The notes: generated by a model not told the origin, from the sequence alone. 64,000 nt of DNA from Octopus vulgaris (GCA_951406725.2 OX597823.1:75826001-75890000), one strand, 5' to 3'; counted from the first letter of the stretch, positions 1-14,200 are shown. Translations and numbers: made by a program.

Positions 1-620
1 ATTTTACTGACAATTTGTTGTTATAGGTAGATTTTACTAACCTTTCTTTAATATTCTATTTATGGTACTAACTAATTATGCACTATTATTATTCTTTATA
101 ACCAATTTTCAAATTTCTAATTATTAATTTGATGAGTAAAAATGAATTTTATTAACTTCAAAACATATTTTGAGTTATCTTTAATTTTTAATAGAAGTAA
201 CAAGTAATAACAAATAGAAGTCGTAACTTGTAATAAACTTTTTAGGTTTAATAAAAGCTAATATTTTCTGATCTAAATATTTTATTTGAAATTTTATCCT
301 TAACAGCAATATTTTAAATAAAGAAATTTCTTGTTCTGTACTTTACCAGATGTAATACCTTTTCCTGAACTTTTCAAGTGTAATAAATTGTTCTGTATTT
401 TTCCAGGTTTATGATCTTAATAAAATTAATTATCTTGCTTGCATTTTCGATGTAATGTAAAAATGTAACATGTGAATGCCGCTCTGTGAATATGAGCTTG
501 TGTGTGTTGATTACATTGGGGTTATTTTGTGCGAATCAATAGGAATAACTAGCCGAAAAGAAGTAATTGTTGAATGCAAATTCATAATTCCCGTAATTGA
601 AAATTGTGAAGTGAGATGCA
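1..620 (-). mobile_element. Probable degenerate Penelope-like element, N-terminal ORF region, running off the left edge
   Basis: Minus frame with stops reads ...HKLIFTERHSHVTFLHYIENASKIINFIKI..., loosely like PLE N-termini (H..FL..C....IP.FIKI). Weak by-eye similarity only. Confidence 0.3.
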
Positions 621-763
621 ATAGTTTAAAGACACGCTGTAACTCTTAGTCTGTGGCTTTGTTTGTACGTAACTGCGCATTTGTAATTCAGGTAAAAAAA
701 TATTTGAGGTTTAAAATGTTCAACTGTAAAAGAGGCACCTTCATGAGCGCGCTTGTGTGTTGA

Positions 764-795
<32 letters not shown>

Positions 796-833
796 CATGC
801 ATGCATGCATAGATACACACGCACACACACACT

Positions 834-894
<61 letters not shown>

Positions 895-896
<2 letters not shown>

Positions 897-1205
897 CACG
901 TGATCACGTGGCCGACCACACCATCGGATGATGTTACACATCGCTGGTCACAATGCGTTCGCATTGTTTTTTTTAGCCTTCGAATGACGCCACCCCGCTG
1001 GCTTAGCGAGCAGGCCAACAGAAGAAAGAGTGGGAGAAAGAGTGATGAAAGAGTACAGCAAGGATCACCACACCCTGCCGGAGCCTCGTGGAGCTTTTAG
1101 GTGTTTTCGCTCAATAAACACTCACAACGCCCGGTCTGGAAATCTAAACCGCGATCCTGCGACCGCGAGTCCGCTGCCCTAACCACTGCGCCATTGCGCC
1201 TCCAC
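895..1205 (-). mobile_element. tRNA-derived SINE, family C, near full length
   Basis: Minus strand begins GTGGAGGCGCAATGGCGCAGTGGTTAGG (A-box) with a degenerate B-box, and ends in CACGTGATCACGTGAT. Homologous copies at 35365-35535, 46240-46450 and 4110-4230. Confidence 0.85.
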
Positions 1206-1227
1206 ATATATTTATATAGTTACATAT

Positions 1228-1280
<53 letters not shown>

Positions 1281-1506
1281 GTAAGGTGTTTAGTTCGCTT
1301 GTTGTCTAAACAAACAGGTACACTAAGTGCTATAGCTGCTTCCAAGAACATTTAGGTTTCAAGTTCGCAGCTAAGACTGAATATAGGAATCCGTTTTAGG
1401 GTTACGTTATGGCATGTACATATATTAGAGGGAAAATGAAAACCATGGTAGAACGAGTATCCCAAGACGTTTAGAATAAATTAATAAGGATAAGGTTAAT
1501 TTTAAG

Positions 1507-1585
1507 TGTTACAGCCGTTTCTGGGATAGTCCAAGTGATTGGTTAGCATGTTCTTGCACTGGATATTTCGTCATCAGAGACAAGG
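1507..1585 (-). ncRNA. Type I hammerhead ribozyme motif, partly decayed, in a PLE-type terminal repeat (~1415-1880)
   Basis: Minus: ccttgtct CTGATGA cgaaatatccagtg...cacttggactatccca GAAAC ggct GTA acac. Core intact; stems I and II imperfect. Confidence 0.6.
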
Positions 1586-3859
1586 TATAAATATTGAAGA
1601 CGGGAAAATTTAGAGTTGACAAGGAATAAAATTCACAGTTTATAAGGAACAAAACGGAAGAATAAAGTAGTAAAATAGAAGAATAAAGAGGAATAATAGC
1701 GAGTAGAATATACGTAGGAGAATAGTGTTCAACACTTTTTCTTCGGGATATGGATGTTGGTCTGTACTTACATGAAGGTACAGGTCTTTAGTCAAAATCC
1801 TAGGCAAATCTGGAGATATTTTGTCAGTGTTGTGAATGATGAATTCATATTGTAAATATATATTAGGAGCGAGAAAGTATGATGGGCATAAATGGTTATT
1901 GTGAGTGGGTTATGAGAGAGAGGGAGAGAGAGCGAGGAGAAAGAGTGAAAGACAGATACGAAAAGGGGTTAGAATATATGATAGTGGTAAAAGGGAAAAT
2001 AATGACAAAATAAAAATAAAATAATAAAAATATAAGAATATAAATTATGTTAATAATAATAAAAAATAATGAAATAAAATAAAAACAAGCTAATTTCAAC
2101 TCAATATTTTTATATGTTATATTTTTGTTAGATTTTAATTTTCTTAGTTTGTAATTTTGAGTTTAGGTTCAAAACTTCAATTTTCTATCATAATTTTGAG
2201 TTTTAGGTTTGATTCCTAATTCTTTATCTCGCAACATTTAATGACTATGAAGTTTGGAATACAATTTTAAATATCTGCACTAAGCTATTCTCCTGAAAAC
2301 CTTACCTAGATTCGCCTTCCACCACCACTCTATTGAAACTTTAACGTTTGACCTCTAACGCACATTCAATACTCACATGTCTATATAGTTAACTTTACTT
2401 TTATTTATTTATTTTTTTAATCTTATTATTATTTACCCTGTTCCCTCTATCGTATTCTATTTATATTCCCTTTCTCCTCTCTCCCATACATCTCTTAAAA
2501 ACGGGTTTAGGATATATCTGTAATTACCATTTCCTTTATTTTATTTTTTATAAAAATTAGTCTCAATTTTGCCTTGGTTTTGGTTTTTCCTCTAATATAA
2601 CACAGAGAAACACACAGACACACACACATATATGTATATGCGTTCACATATACCTAATAGCCTTCCGCACAGTATATTTATACTAAATTCAATCAAAAGT
2701 TATTTGGAAGTCACTTGCCGAAATTGGTCCACATAGGACGGAACCGAAATCAGGGAGTGTAAAGAAAATTACCTTGCCACAAGCTCACACCTAATATGAA
2801 AAGACATATTTTACAACTGTGCATATATGTATGTAGTTTTAAAAATTGAACCATCTGTCTTAATGAAAATAAACTTAATTTTGTGAAATCGAAATGGTTC
2901 AGTCAGGAACGAAATGTGCTCAAAATGCTCAATTTGGAAGATTTTATTTCCTAATCGTCAGTTCTTGTTATCATATCTTAGTGAAAGCATTGATTTGATG
3001 AATACTGCAAAGAAAGAACCATGTATAACACATTTCACCTCAGGAAAATTGTAATCCTCCAGCTGATGTTTAGCTTCTCGAAATATCTCCTGATTGTAAT
3101 TGGAAAATATTTTTCTTTAATAACCATATTTGTCTTTATTGTTGAGTGTTAGCAAATGGCTTTCAAATTTGAAAGTCATGTGAAAGCATTTAGTACAGCT
3201 GGTGTCCGATATGTTTTCATGTTTTGAATATTGGAATTATTTTATATTTTTATCCATTGTTAGCAACCAGCAAATACGTAGGCAAACTGCAATTGGCTTT
3301 TACTTTGAAATATATAATACAGCTGGTAAATAGCTTCTCACTAGGTTTGAAATTATATATATTCAGCAGTACTGCGAAAAAAAAAAAAATTATGCATGAA
3401 CAACAAATTTTCGAATTGTGAATGTATAGATAATGTTCTAGGAGAAAATAACATAGAGGCTATTGCAGTAATTCTAGAATATGTACTGTCATTAGCAAAG
3501 AAAATGTTACTTAATGTAAGAAATCACCAAGATTGTCATTAGATTTTGGTATTTTTGTATTTTTTGTTATGTCCGTTATTTTCCGCTTGCTAATGGTGTA
3601 CCATTATATAATAACTAAAAATTTATATGTTCGTGTAAGTCTTCGTGCGACAGGCTAGATATAACAACGAAATTTTTGTCAGCTAACATACTGCCAACTT
3701 AATCAAAGACGGATACAACGGATAACATGCACAATAACACGACAAAAACGCTGTTGTTATTAGTTGGCATTCATTAAATTAGAGGTCATCTCTTCCCAAT
3801 CTCAGGGTCAAACATTACAAGATCCCCCAACAATGGCTATGATAATTTTAGTATATATT

Positions 3860-4064
3860 CTTTTCTACTCTAGGCACAAGGTCCGAAAATTAAGGGGAGA
3901 GGCCATGCGATTAGAAAGACTCCAGCACGCAACTGGTACTTAATTTATCTACCCTGAAAGGATGAAAAACAAAGTCAACCTCGACGGAATTTAGAGTCAG
4001 AATGTAAAGACAGACGGAATACTTCTAAGCATTTCGCCTGACGCTTCTGCCCGCTCTCCGCCTT
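3860..4064 (-). mobile_element. SINE family B, diverged copy
   Basis: Similar to 12927-13148 and 33538-33770 (gatgaaaaacaaagtcaacctcgacggaattt...aagcatttcgcc). Confidence 0.75.
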
Positions 4065-5284
4065 GTTTCCACACTTCTTTCCTCCTCTTTTCTCTTTATC
4101 TCACCAATCTGTCGGTCCGTCACACGTTAGCTACTAGAGGAAAGTTGTGAGAGAAAGTTGTGGCGAAAGAGTCAGCAGGATTTCGTCATTATCCTCTGGC
4201 TAAGCCGCGTGAAGCTTACGTGATGGTAGTACGTAGTGCACATAAAAGTTTTAATGATCAACAAATGCAGAGTTGAATACTACAGGAGCGCATGTAATGT
4301 CTGTGCCATTTTATTGAACACAATTATCAGTGGTACACTGAAAGTGGCATATCCCATTGTTTTCAACTTGTATCAAGTATTATACCATATCAAGCAAGAG
4401 CGGTATATTACTGAATATGAATTTTGTGTGTTTAAAAAGAAAGGGGAACATGGTATGTCAGAAACGCTGAGGAAGTGATAAACAGTTAGAGTAATTGTGT
4501 CAAAGCTATATTATATGCGATCAATATGAATATTTATTTCTGACTTTATCACAGAACAATGGAATTAAAAGAGATGTTTGTTGCCAACTGAATGACACAT
4601 GTTTATGACAAGTAAGAGTATTTTGATAATGCTGCTGTTTCTAAGCTATTACCATGAATAAAGCGACCAAAATGATATTAAATCTGCGTCAGCAAACTCT
4701 GTACTATTTCTACAAATCCAACAAGGATTTTGTCTATATGGCTACAATATTACACGTAACTTGAAGAAAGGCATGGTTGATTGAGTGTATCTATATATTT
4801 TTGGCTTCCATTTATGTTGCCAACGATATTGTGAAGAAGGAAAACACGGCAAACAATGCGGGATTTGAACCCAGATTTGAAAGGGCATCTGCTTTATATA
4901 AAAAAAACCTTTTACTCCTTAAATATCATTCACTATTCTAACCGTTCAGAGCACACGTGAAGATTCTATATTAGGCAGGCAACCATACGTTTTCAGAAGG
5001 AGAGCGGATAAAATTAAATACTGTATATAATTTAGCAACGCATCAAAGATGAAAGGAACGTTTATTCAAAAGGGAACGAAATATAGATTACAAACGAATG
5101 CAATATAAAAAGGCATTTCACGCGTTTCAATAGCGATTCTTCTATAGGAAACGCCTATAATCATCAATAATAAATAGCATGATCGATATCTGTCAATATG
5201 CCACGTGTTATAAATGATCTTATTCATATTTTGATGCATAACATTATGGATCTTCATATTGTTTCATTATGAGAAATATTGTAT

Positions 5285-5720
5285 TTATACGTCCGAATGC
5301 TCTATGTAGTTGAGGAATTTTAACAAGTAGCACCTGCAATACGTTTCAGGTATTATGTTTAGACTTTCCATTGTATTTTGCATATCATTCGAGAATTTAA
5401 ATTGTTTATGGTTCAGGCCTTCCTTTCGTACTTCGAAATTTCCATCTAAGGCAAGAGTTAGTATTTTTACACGAGTTCGGTCAACCATAATCAGAAAAAT
5501 TATGTTAATAATTTCTGATTTAGCCACAAGCTTAGCGATTTGAGGAGGTGGTGTAAGTGGATATCATCGACCGCACTACAAGATTGGTACTCAATTATAT
5601 CGAACTCGAAGGAATAAATGACGCAGTTGTCCTTGGCTTGTATGGCGCATAGAATGTAAAAAGCCGGTATAGATATCACAGATAATTTTTGCGACTCTTT
5701 AAGCATTATGCTAGATCGTC
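5285..5720 (-). mobile_element. Possible Tc1/mariner transposase C-terminal relic
   Basis: Minus frame: FLHSMRHTSQ...KEGLNHKQFKFSNDMQNTMESL, resembling FLHDNARPHTS...LK..L.GK.F.S.D.VQ; heavily degenerate. Confidence 0.3.
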
Positions 5721-5811
5721 GTATTATTGTTATAGAATTGACTGTAATGATAATTTCTTCATTAACCAAATGAAATCGATATGTTACAGAAAATAATAAA
5801 AGCAATTTTAA

Positions 5812-5945
5812 GCTTAGTGGTTCGGCAAAAGAACCGATAGAATAAGTAATAGCCTTACAAAGATTACGTCAGGGGACGATTTGCTCGACTAAAGGTGGTG
5901 TTCCAGAATGGCGGCTGAAACAAGTAAAAGAGTAAAGAGAGTAAG
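5812..5945 (+). mobile_element. SINE family A, 3' part
   Basis: cttagtggttcggcaaaagaaccgatagaataag...gactaaaggtggtg...gaaacaagtaaaagagtaaagag matches the 3' half of 52183-52621. Confidence 0.85.
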
Positions 5946-5954
5946 TGACTTACA

Positions 5955-6928
5955 AAGATGTATCAGGTGGTTGTTCAATAGCTGCTCTCAATTCGTCCAT
6001 TGTTGCCGTTTTGTATGATAATCTTTGTCTTTGAAGTATTCCCACAAATAAATATCCTCTGGAGTGAGTTCCGGTGAACGTGGAAGATACTCTGCTAACC
6101 ACATTCATTCAATTCAGCTGTATGACAAATTTTCAACAAGATAGTCCGTTGCATTACAATGGCTGTGTAGAGGTGCCCATCTTGCTGTAAATAAAACTCC
6201 GTGTCATCAAGCATATTGGCATGAAAGATTCCCACATCGGGTTGAAGTAAATTGGGCCGGACATACCTACTGAAAAAATTGGTCTAATTAATCTTGTAGA
6301 AGAAAATAGAGACCACGCTGTAATTCCTGTTAAATTAAGATGGTGATACACCATGATATGCAGATTCTCATTTAACAAGAAGAAGCAATTATGGAGATTA
6401 ATTGAACCACTGAATTCAAATGTAATTCAATGCAAACAATCAATGCAAATAATCATTATTGAAAAGAATGCATTTTTACTCATCTGGCTAAGTAATACGC
6501 TTTGGTCTTGGAATGTAACTTTTTCAATGACAGTGCATCGAAATGCGAGAGACGCTTGATTTGATATTCTTCTTCACGTCATATAGACAGTCTTAAAAGT
6601 GTAGCAATCCGTGTTTCTTACGCGTTCGTTCTTAACGACCCACATCGGTAACTGTGTTCTTTCAGAACGCTTTCTGGGAACATTGTGAGCAGTTTAATCT
6701 GCTTCATACTTCACTGTAATTAAAGTGACGATTAGTCGCGTAGGAGAATCTGTTTGAAATTCCCTTTTCAAATATATTTGCTCAACGGTTGAGTACTGAA
6801 ACTCCTAGTAATATTTTAGGGCTAGTCGTATCGATATCATTTAACCTGGCTCCTTTCATTATTCAATGTGTGAAAGATAAAAGAAATGAAGCTTAAGTAT
6901 TCGGTTACTAAAATGTGTATACACTGTA
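5955..6928 (-). mobile_element. Tc1/mariner-superfamily DNA transposon fossil (DUF4817-type, DDxD class), frameshifted transposase
   Basis: Minus frames: MKGARL..., KREFQTDSPTRL, FEFSGSINLHNC...NENLHIM..HHLNLTGITAWSLFSS, FYLQQDG, and LPRSPELTPEDIYLWEYFKDK (cf. WPPRSPDLTPLDFYLWGYLK). TIR-like end TACAGTGTATACAC beside TA repeats at ~6928. Confidence 0.8.
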
Positions 6929-6959
6929 TGTATATATATATATATATATATATATGGTT

Positions 6960-7920
6960 AATGAGAGAGAGAAGATGAAAGATACGAGACATTTTAGAGA
7001 ATTTTTATAAAACATTACAATTGTTTCAAACCATCTAACATCAACCCATCGTTGTAGATGTATTTCTTCGCGTGATAATCAGATACAACTCGTTAAAATA
7101 ACGACTGTTCCTCAAGGTATCTTCTCGGTTGATGTAAATAAAAGCATGAAATTAAAGGATATAACTTCATTTGTATAGAAGATCAATAATGAAAAATAAC
7201 AAATGCAAAACAAGAACGAATACACAGTACAGCGAGAAAGTATTAAATATAAACGTTAACGGATATGGATGTATAAACGCCCTAGCGTTAGTTGTATGCT
7301 ACATGTACATCCGCGCATACAGACATCCACGAAGATATAAGCACACGCACACAAGTGGTTTCACGCACGTGCCTCCACATACCGAATTAAATAGCTACTT
7401 AAATAGTTAAATTTAATTCATCCAAACCTTATGGTGAATCATGATTATTAATTAAGTGAACGGTTACTCAAGTTAATCCCGCTAGATTATGCGATAGTGT
7501 ATTCATATGGATGTAAACATCTTGAGAATCTTTCAAAAATTCTATTAATGATCTTCTCATCGGTCCATAGAAGACACAGAGATTCCTCGGAGCAGAGGTG
7601 GTGTATCTTGGAAATGATATTATATGGTTTTGTATGTCACACTATGGACTTAGTTGCCACACAAAATCTGTCAATATGTTGAATGTTTTGTTGAATTTCT
7701 TGAAGGTGGCGACATGTTTTTCATAATGATTCTTAAAAGAATCAGTCGTTGCCCCAATGTAAACATATGATGTCCCCTTGTGTGTTCAGTACATTTATAT
7801 ACCAGATTTATACTCATACAGGGTTCATCAATGGATATCTTGATTTTTCTCTCCATGAACATTATATTTAGATGTATATATGACAGTTCTGGCTTAATTT
7901 CTTATGCTGTTACCGTATTA
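6960..7920 (-). mobile_element. 5'-truncated Penelope-like element: GIY-YIG endonuclease remnant, 3' region and degenerate hammerhead (7012-7075)
   Basis: Minus: CMSINLVYKC / SYVYIGATTDSFKNHYEKH and KPYNIISKIHHLCSEESLCLLWTDEKIINRIFERFSRCLH. GAAACAATTGTA HHR half at 7016-7027. Related copy at 30370-31110. Confidence 0.8.
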
Positions 7921-7924
7921 GCAA

Positions 7925-7925
<1 letters not shown>

Positions 7926-7986
<61 letters not shown>
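7926..7986. repeat. (ATT)n microsatellite
   Basis: Direct reading. Confidence 0.95.
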
Positions 7987-7987
<1 letters not shown>

Positions 7988-7989
7988 GA

Positions 7990-9520
7990 CGAAGAGCGCG
8001 ATTCGATTGTAAGATATCTTATTCAACGATATTTCAACAGTACGTCCGTCTTTGTCAAGTTCAAAATAAGAAGTGATAAAACTTCAAAATTACAGACATT
8101 TAAATGTAAAGTATGAACGAGAGCAATCAGCGTCCACACTTTGATAGAATGACATCATCTATTTTTAAGTTACAATGTTAAAACAGGCGAAAATAAAAAG
8201 ACAAAAAAGAACAGAAAAAAGAAGACGACAAAAAGAAATAGAGAGAAAGAAGAATATTTAATCAAACAGTCTGGTATAAATTTGATGAGAATTCTCCTGT
8301 CATCTTATTCATTCCTCCAGGGCGTGATGCTAATAACCCACAAACATATTCCTCCTCATACATTCTGAGAAGTGAAAATGAAGCACATTCAGAATATTTT
8401 CTGAGAATATGCACTTTCAAGTCTTCTCCAAAATTGCAGCCGCTCGAAAAGAAAGATTCAGCAGAATCTGTCAAACTACTGTTATTGTGCCTGGCATCGA
8501 ATCTGTGCCCATTAAACATTTTGTTTAATTGTTCTGTTGTACAACCAACATAAATTAAGTTGGGTTTCATGCATTCTGCAGCACACGCCAAATGGGAATC
8601 TTTACATGTTCCAACTTCTCTATAAATCATAACATTTCTGTTATGATTTCTGATGGAATTAACTTCACTCATGTTGTTGCACAATGAACAAGGCATACCT
8701 ACCTTGCGGCTCTTCTTTAAGGTACAGCGTGTAGATATTCCAATGTTCGTTTTCTTGGAGTCAGATATAAAGGTCAATAATTATCTTATATTCTTATTCC
8801 GTCTAAAGGCTACAATAAGCGGCTGAGGAAATATACGTTTGAAACGAGGATATTTTTCGCCACGTGCTGGTAACTTTCATGCAATAGTTTTGAAATGATT
8901 CGCTGTATCCGCGTTTGACATGACATACAGAAGCATTTGCATGTTTCCAGTAATCCCCTATGTCATTACAAATCTTTTTTATCCTCGAAAATAGGGGTTT
9001 TGGATTTGACCGAATAAGATGAAGTGGATGATTGGAGCGGCGCTGGAGAGGAATGTGGGATGGCGTGGGCTTGCAAAATAACTTTGTCGCTATTCTGCCT
9101 CCAGAAAACTTGACTTTTGTGTCCAAACATTCAACACTAGTTTTTGAAAAACTAGACGTAAATTTTATGTTGGAACTAAAGCCATAGTTTCTAGCGTAAC
9201 AGTCACAGAAATGCAAGAAGTGGATTAAACTATTCTGGGATCTTTCCCAGACAAGAAATACGTCAATGAACTGTAACCAGAGTTTTGGTTCATGACCATG
9301 AAGGGATTTGAAAGTCTTCGGTAGCAGTGTCTAGAATTTCGTCATGAAAACATTAGCGAAATTAACAGCCATAGAGGTACCCATAGCGCAATCCTTCGTC
9401 TTCTCTTGGTAAAATCTTTGTCTAAACTTCATTGTGTTGCTTTCTAACACAAACCTCAGTAATCTACAGAGAAAATTTGATGGAATACTTTTGTTTGACC
9501 GCTTTTCGAAGGCAACCCCA
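7990..9520 (-). mobile_element. Penelope-like retroelement (Neptune-like), RT plus GIY-YIG pseudogene
   Basis: RT core DCAMGTSMAVNFANVFM...LWLQFIDVFLVW (9230-9480). Thumb SSNIKFT...ECLDTKV...TKLFCKPT...SNHPLH (ORF 8803-9216). Endonuclease CSLC...IYVGCTTEQLNKMFNGHRFD...PGGMN (ORF 8262-8777). Variant HHR-like motif near 8020-8060. Confidence 0.9.
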
Positions 9521-11339
9521 AAATTCTCAAGTTATCTTCGTTGAAAACTGAGAACTGTGTATTGGGATGTGATAGAGGACATCATGATTCTTATATTTGT
9601 TGATTAGCTTAATTGTTTTGGTGTGTTAGGGACAATTTATTGTGCTATGAATTTCAGTTTGTAGTTTTTTGCTTTGACCAGTTCACCCTGGTCTCTATTC
9701 TCGATCTGAAGCAGTTCGCTTACTGTAACGTTGTGTTGGTGTGCAATGTGTATTATGATTGGAGGAATTGGCAGAGTTATGTATACCTATGCCTTGTATA
9801 TACTGAATTTTCTCTCGGTATCTTTAGCCGTAGCTAAAGAAGTATTATAACATGGTGCATATGATTTTAAAATGTTTTATTACCAAAAAACCTATATATA
9901 CAACTGTGTATATATTTGTGTTCGTATGTGTGCATCTCTCTGTGTGTATATGTGTGTGTATGTGTATATTTTCATTGTGTGTGCGTTCTTATTTATTTAT
10001 TTTATTTATTTTATCTAGTTTCAGCTCACGAGCTGTGGCCATGCTGGGGCACCGCCATATGTATATATTTGTATTTAGATTGACAGATAGATAGAGAAAT
10101 ATGTCTATTATAAGCAGAGAAGTATTGCTTGAAATACATTACATACATGCGTCCTTCTTTTGTGGGATACATACAAAAGTTTCATCTATTTTATTCATTT
10201 CTAAATCATGGTTTTTCCTTTTCGCAAATATCGTCTCTATCCCCTCTCCAATCGAACAGTCTTTTTGATGTTTTTCTTCCTAGGTATAATGTGTTGCAGA
10301 GAAATAAGCACATGAAAGTACCTGGAAGTGTTTCTAAAACTAGATATAAATACTTGAAAAAACATTAATATTTTAGAATATATATTATTTTTTTTCGGTT
10401 TGAAGATAAAATTTAGACATTTTAAATCATTTGAAGATTATTTATAAAAATTGGTAAATTTCCTGGCTCATTTTAGATCTAACGGAACGGAAGATTTAAA
10501 TACAGATTTCTCATTGTTTTCATACACACTCAGACACACAGAGCCACGCACACACACACATACACACACACACACTCACTCACATATATATATGCACGTT
10601 ATATGTTTTTTCTATAAAATTCTCCCCACAATATACCAAAACATCTATCTGTAGTAGATTTGGGAAATGGTGAAAAATATGTTTCCTTTTGTAATATCTG
10701 AGAATGATGGTGAAATCCTCTTGACTAGATTTTATTGAAGATACGCATCCAGCTCATTCTACTTGAAATATGAGACACTTTATTTTTTGATTGGTCTAAA
10801 TTTGTGAATGACGTCCTATGAAGATACTTTTTATTCGCTAACTCGGATATTTTGTTTCTTATTTTGTTCATGTTTTGCTTCTCAATTTTATACTAACCTC
10901 CATTTTCAGATAAAATAATTGTAAAACCATTTATTTTTCAATAATAACTTTTAATAATTGTTCAATAATTGATTAAGTAAGCAAGTAACCATCCAATAAT
11001 GAGAAACGGTCCGTTTCTGAAATTTCCTTCCTGCATGCCTGCGATGTGTTCGAGAATTGGCTTTGTCATGAAAAATTGGTTTCATTTTTATGAGCAAAAT
11101 TTGAATATGTGTACTTTTCAAGTTTAATTACTTTCTATATTACAATCGTTTCTTTATTTAGTATATATAACATGAAAAATACTTACTTGAAAATATTTAA
11201 TATATATAGAGCCAGACGATGTTGTGCGGTAAAAGGTAAAAAGTTGTTTTTCCAAACACATGGTTCCAGGTTCAGTTCTACTACACAGCCCCATTAATAA
11301 TTTTCTTCTACAATATCTGCCGGTACGCAACTATAGTAC

Positions 11340-11900
11340 AATAAAGTTAATATAAATAGCTAGGCGTGATAGAATAGCATAAAGGAAATGTTATATTGTC
11401 ACTAATTGTGACTATGGGTGCCGAAGCACCGGTATTGCAGGAAATAAGTTAAAACACTCTTAATGTTGTAAGGAGGGCGCAATATATAATCCCTGATAGA
11501 GGAGATAGCCGCCACTTGCAACATAGGAGCTTTGACACCCTTAGTAAAAATTAGAGACAATAAAATTTTCCCTTTGTTGTAATATATCGTGCCTAACTCT
11601 ATATATTAATGTTTGAGAGTATGTCTGTAAATCAGCCATACATTTGTATCATAATTTATACACTGACAGCCTGATTAGGCCACTCCAACAACCGTTTGAG
11701 TAGTCGTTACTGAGGAGACTACCACTGATACGCGAAACTAGCCTAGTTTAGTAATCCTAGAAACCCTTATGGTGTGGTTATCTCCTCACTCAGTGAGTAT
11801 AAATTGCGTGTTTCTTACAACCTAAAAATATTTAACTCATATCTTGTAATATACGTGCTTTGTCACACTTAGTCCGAATTAGTGATCATAAATTTTTTCC
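11340..11900 (+). mobile_element. Probable PLE-type terminal-repeat fragment with decayed hammerhead (11705-11755)
   Basis: gtta CTGAGGA ...cgc GAAAC TAGCCTA GTT tagtaat. Palindromic stem III; stem II is poor. Confidence 0.4.
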
Positions 11901-12926
11901 ATAAACATACTTACAAACATACATATATTTATATGTGTGTGTGTACATTTAAAAAAAACACATGTAAGATATATAAGCACAAACAAACTGGAACAAATGG
12001 AGAACATACATACAGAGTGTCTCCAAGTCCTTTTCAGTTGTCGTCTCTGAGTGTGTTCTCTTTTTTTGTATATTATGAGTGTTTCTTTTTTTACATATTT
12101 ACATATATTTAATGTAACGCAACACACCGTCTTATTTTCTTTATATTCGGTGAATTTCCATATATATATATATGCAGAAAGGAGAAGGTGAATACGTTAT
12201 TTTCGACGTTGCGTGAGGCAAAAAAGTACTATGGTCTATTGTAGATTGAATAATATTACATGTGCTTTCATCATAGTTGAGTGCAAACGAGATGTCAAAC
12301 AATATTTCCTATTACAATAGAAGACAAGTCAGAAAACGAATAAATTGACTGCATCAACAGAAGTAGTAAATGAAAGACTATAGTTTTGTTGCTTCCCTTT
12401 TGTCTGATGGTTTACTGACAGGGTGCCATTTTACCAAGAATTATATGTTGTATATTATATATATACATAGTTTCATATTGAATTTTTCTCACATTCTCTC
12501 TCTCTCTCTCTTTCTCTCTTTCCACACACACACACACCTATGTATATATATATATATTCAAGGTAGAAATTATGGAAGGTAATTAAACGTGGTTGAATAT
12601 ATGCGGAATGAAATAAGAAGAATAAACACAGATATGTTTTAGTAGACTAAAGAATATATTAGAATCATAATGACAAATGTATTATACAATATTGTACAAA
12701 ATAAGGTTTTTTCCTTCCAACATAATAAGCGATTTCGCTACCACTTTTCAGACTTTGAGTTTTGGATGTAATTCTGAATTAGACATTTTGTTTACTTCGG
12801 GGGATAAATAGTAATTTAGGTATTTTTCAGTAAATCTGTAATTTTTAACATTGGCCTGCATATCCTTCTGGCATATCTTACAATAGATGGGTTACATCTT
12901 TTGTTTTCAAAATGTGCTTATATATA

Positions 12927-13272
12927 AAGGCGCCTTGTTGGCAGAATCGTTAGAACGCCGAAGGAAATGCTTAGCTGTATTTTGTCTGCCGTTACGTCCT
13001 GAGTTCAAATTCTGCGGAGGTCGACTTTGCCTTTCATCCTTTCGGGGACGATAAATTAACTACCAGTTACGCACTGAGGTCGATGTAATCGACGTAATCC
13101 GTTTGTCTGTCTTTGCTTGTCCCCTCAATGTTTAGCCCCCTGTGGGTTCGGCAAAAATGATTGTGAAAATAAATACCAGTCCGAGGTCAATTTTTTCGAC
13201 TGAAAGAAATTGTTCAATGCGTTGTCCGAACATGGCCACCGACTAATGATTGAAACAAATAAAAGATAAAGC
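12927..13272 (+). mobile_element. SINE family B (12927-13148) joined to a family A-type tail (13148-13272)
   Basis: aaggcgccttgttggcagaatcgttag...gagttcaaattc (B-box)...tttagccccctgtggg, then ttcggcaaaa...gaaacaaataaaaga. Confidence 0.85.
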
Positions 13273-13279
13273 ATAAATG

Positions 13280-13384
<105 letters not shown>

Positions 13385-13722
13385 TTATACACGCACACTC
13401 GTATTGACCGGACACAGAATACTGGTTTTGGCAATACAAGGTATTTTAATAATTGGTTTCGAGTGCACATATTTCATTGGATAAAATCGATTGATTAACC
13501 TTTTTTCATATTATTTGCGAGAACGGTATGAAGTTAATTGAGAATAAACGTAGCAAAATGGCTATATATTCCTGAGCTGTATTTTTATTATAACTGTTTA
13601 CTGAAAGGTTTCGCTCGTATGAAAACGTAATTACTTTGACACGATGTCACAAACACCCAAAATATCGCTTTAACCACCACAGTACGGAATCATTGAAAAT
13701 CACATTACATTGCACTTTACAC

Positions 13723-13759
<37 letters not shown>

Positions 13760-13955
13760 TTTGGATTTTGGATTTCATAACAGCTATAATGTTCTGCAAC
13801 CTATATTTGCACCTCGTGTATTATAATGTCAAACGTACTAACTACTAGTTGCAGCTTATGTTTTTGGTAAACTAAAAAATTGAACACAAACCAAGAAATA
13901 AAGTGCTAGGTGTAATTGATATGTAACTCTATATTTACCAAGCAATATCTGTGCT

Positions 13956-14200
13956 GGAGGCGCTTGTTTTAGTGGTTAAGTTGTTGGACGTCTGATTATA
14001 AGATTGTATTTTCTCTTCCTGGACTTGGCAACGCGTTGTGTCTTTTAGCATAGTACTTCATTTCGCATTGCTCCGGTCCTCGTAACTGGTAAAATTAAGT
14101 AATCCTGGGACGGACCAGTGCCCCATCCACGTGGGGGAATATATACACCATTGAAACCGGGAAAGCGGCCCTATGTGTGTATACGACTCGGGAAGAAAAT
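13956..14200 (+). mobile_element. tRNA-derived SINE family D, diverged
   Basis: Homologous to 62778-63022 (ggaggcgc...tagtggtta...gacggaccagtgccccatcca...gaaaccggg). Confidence 0.75.

Noticed and set aside
1-600. AT-rich start resembling a mitochondrial insertion (NUMT)
   Set aside because: No recognisable mitochondrial gene, rRNA or tRNA motif; a decayed PLE fits slightly better.
12725-12755. Minus-strand CTGAAAA...GAAATCGCTTA hammerhead-like string
   Set aside because: The core is non-canonical and stems I and II barely pair; could be chance.
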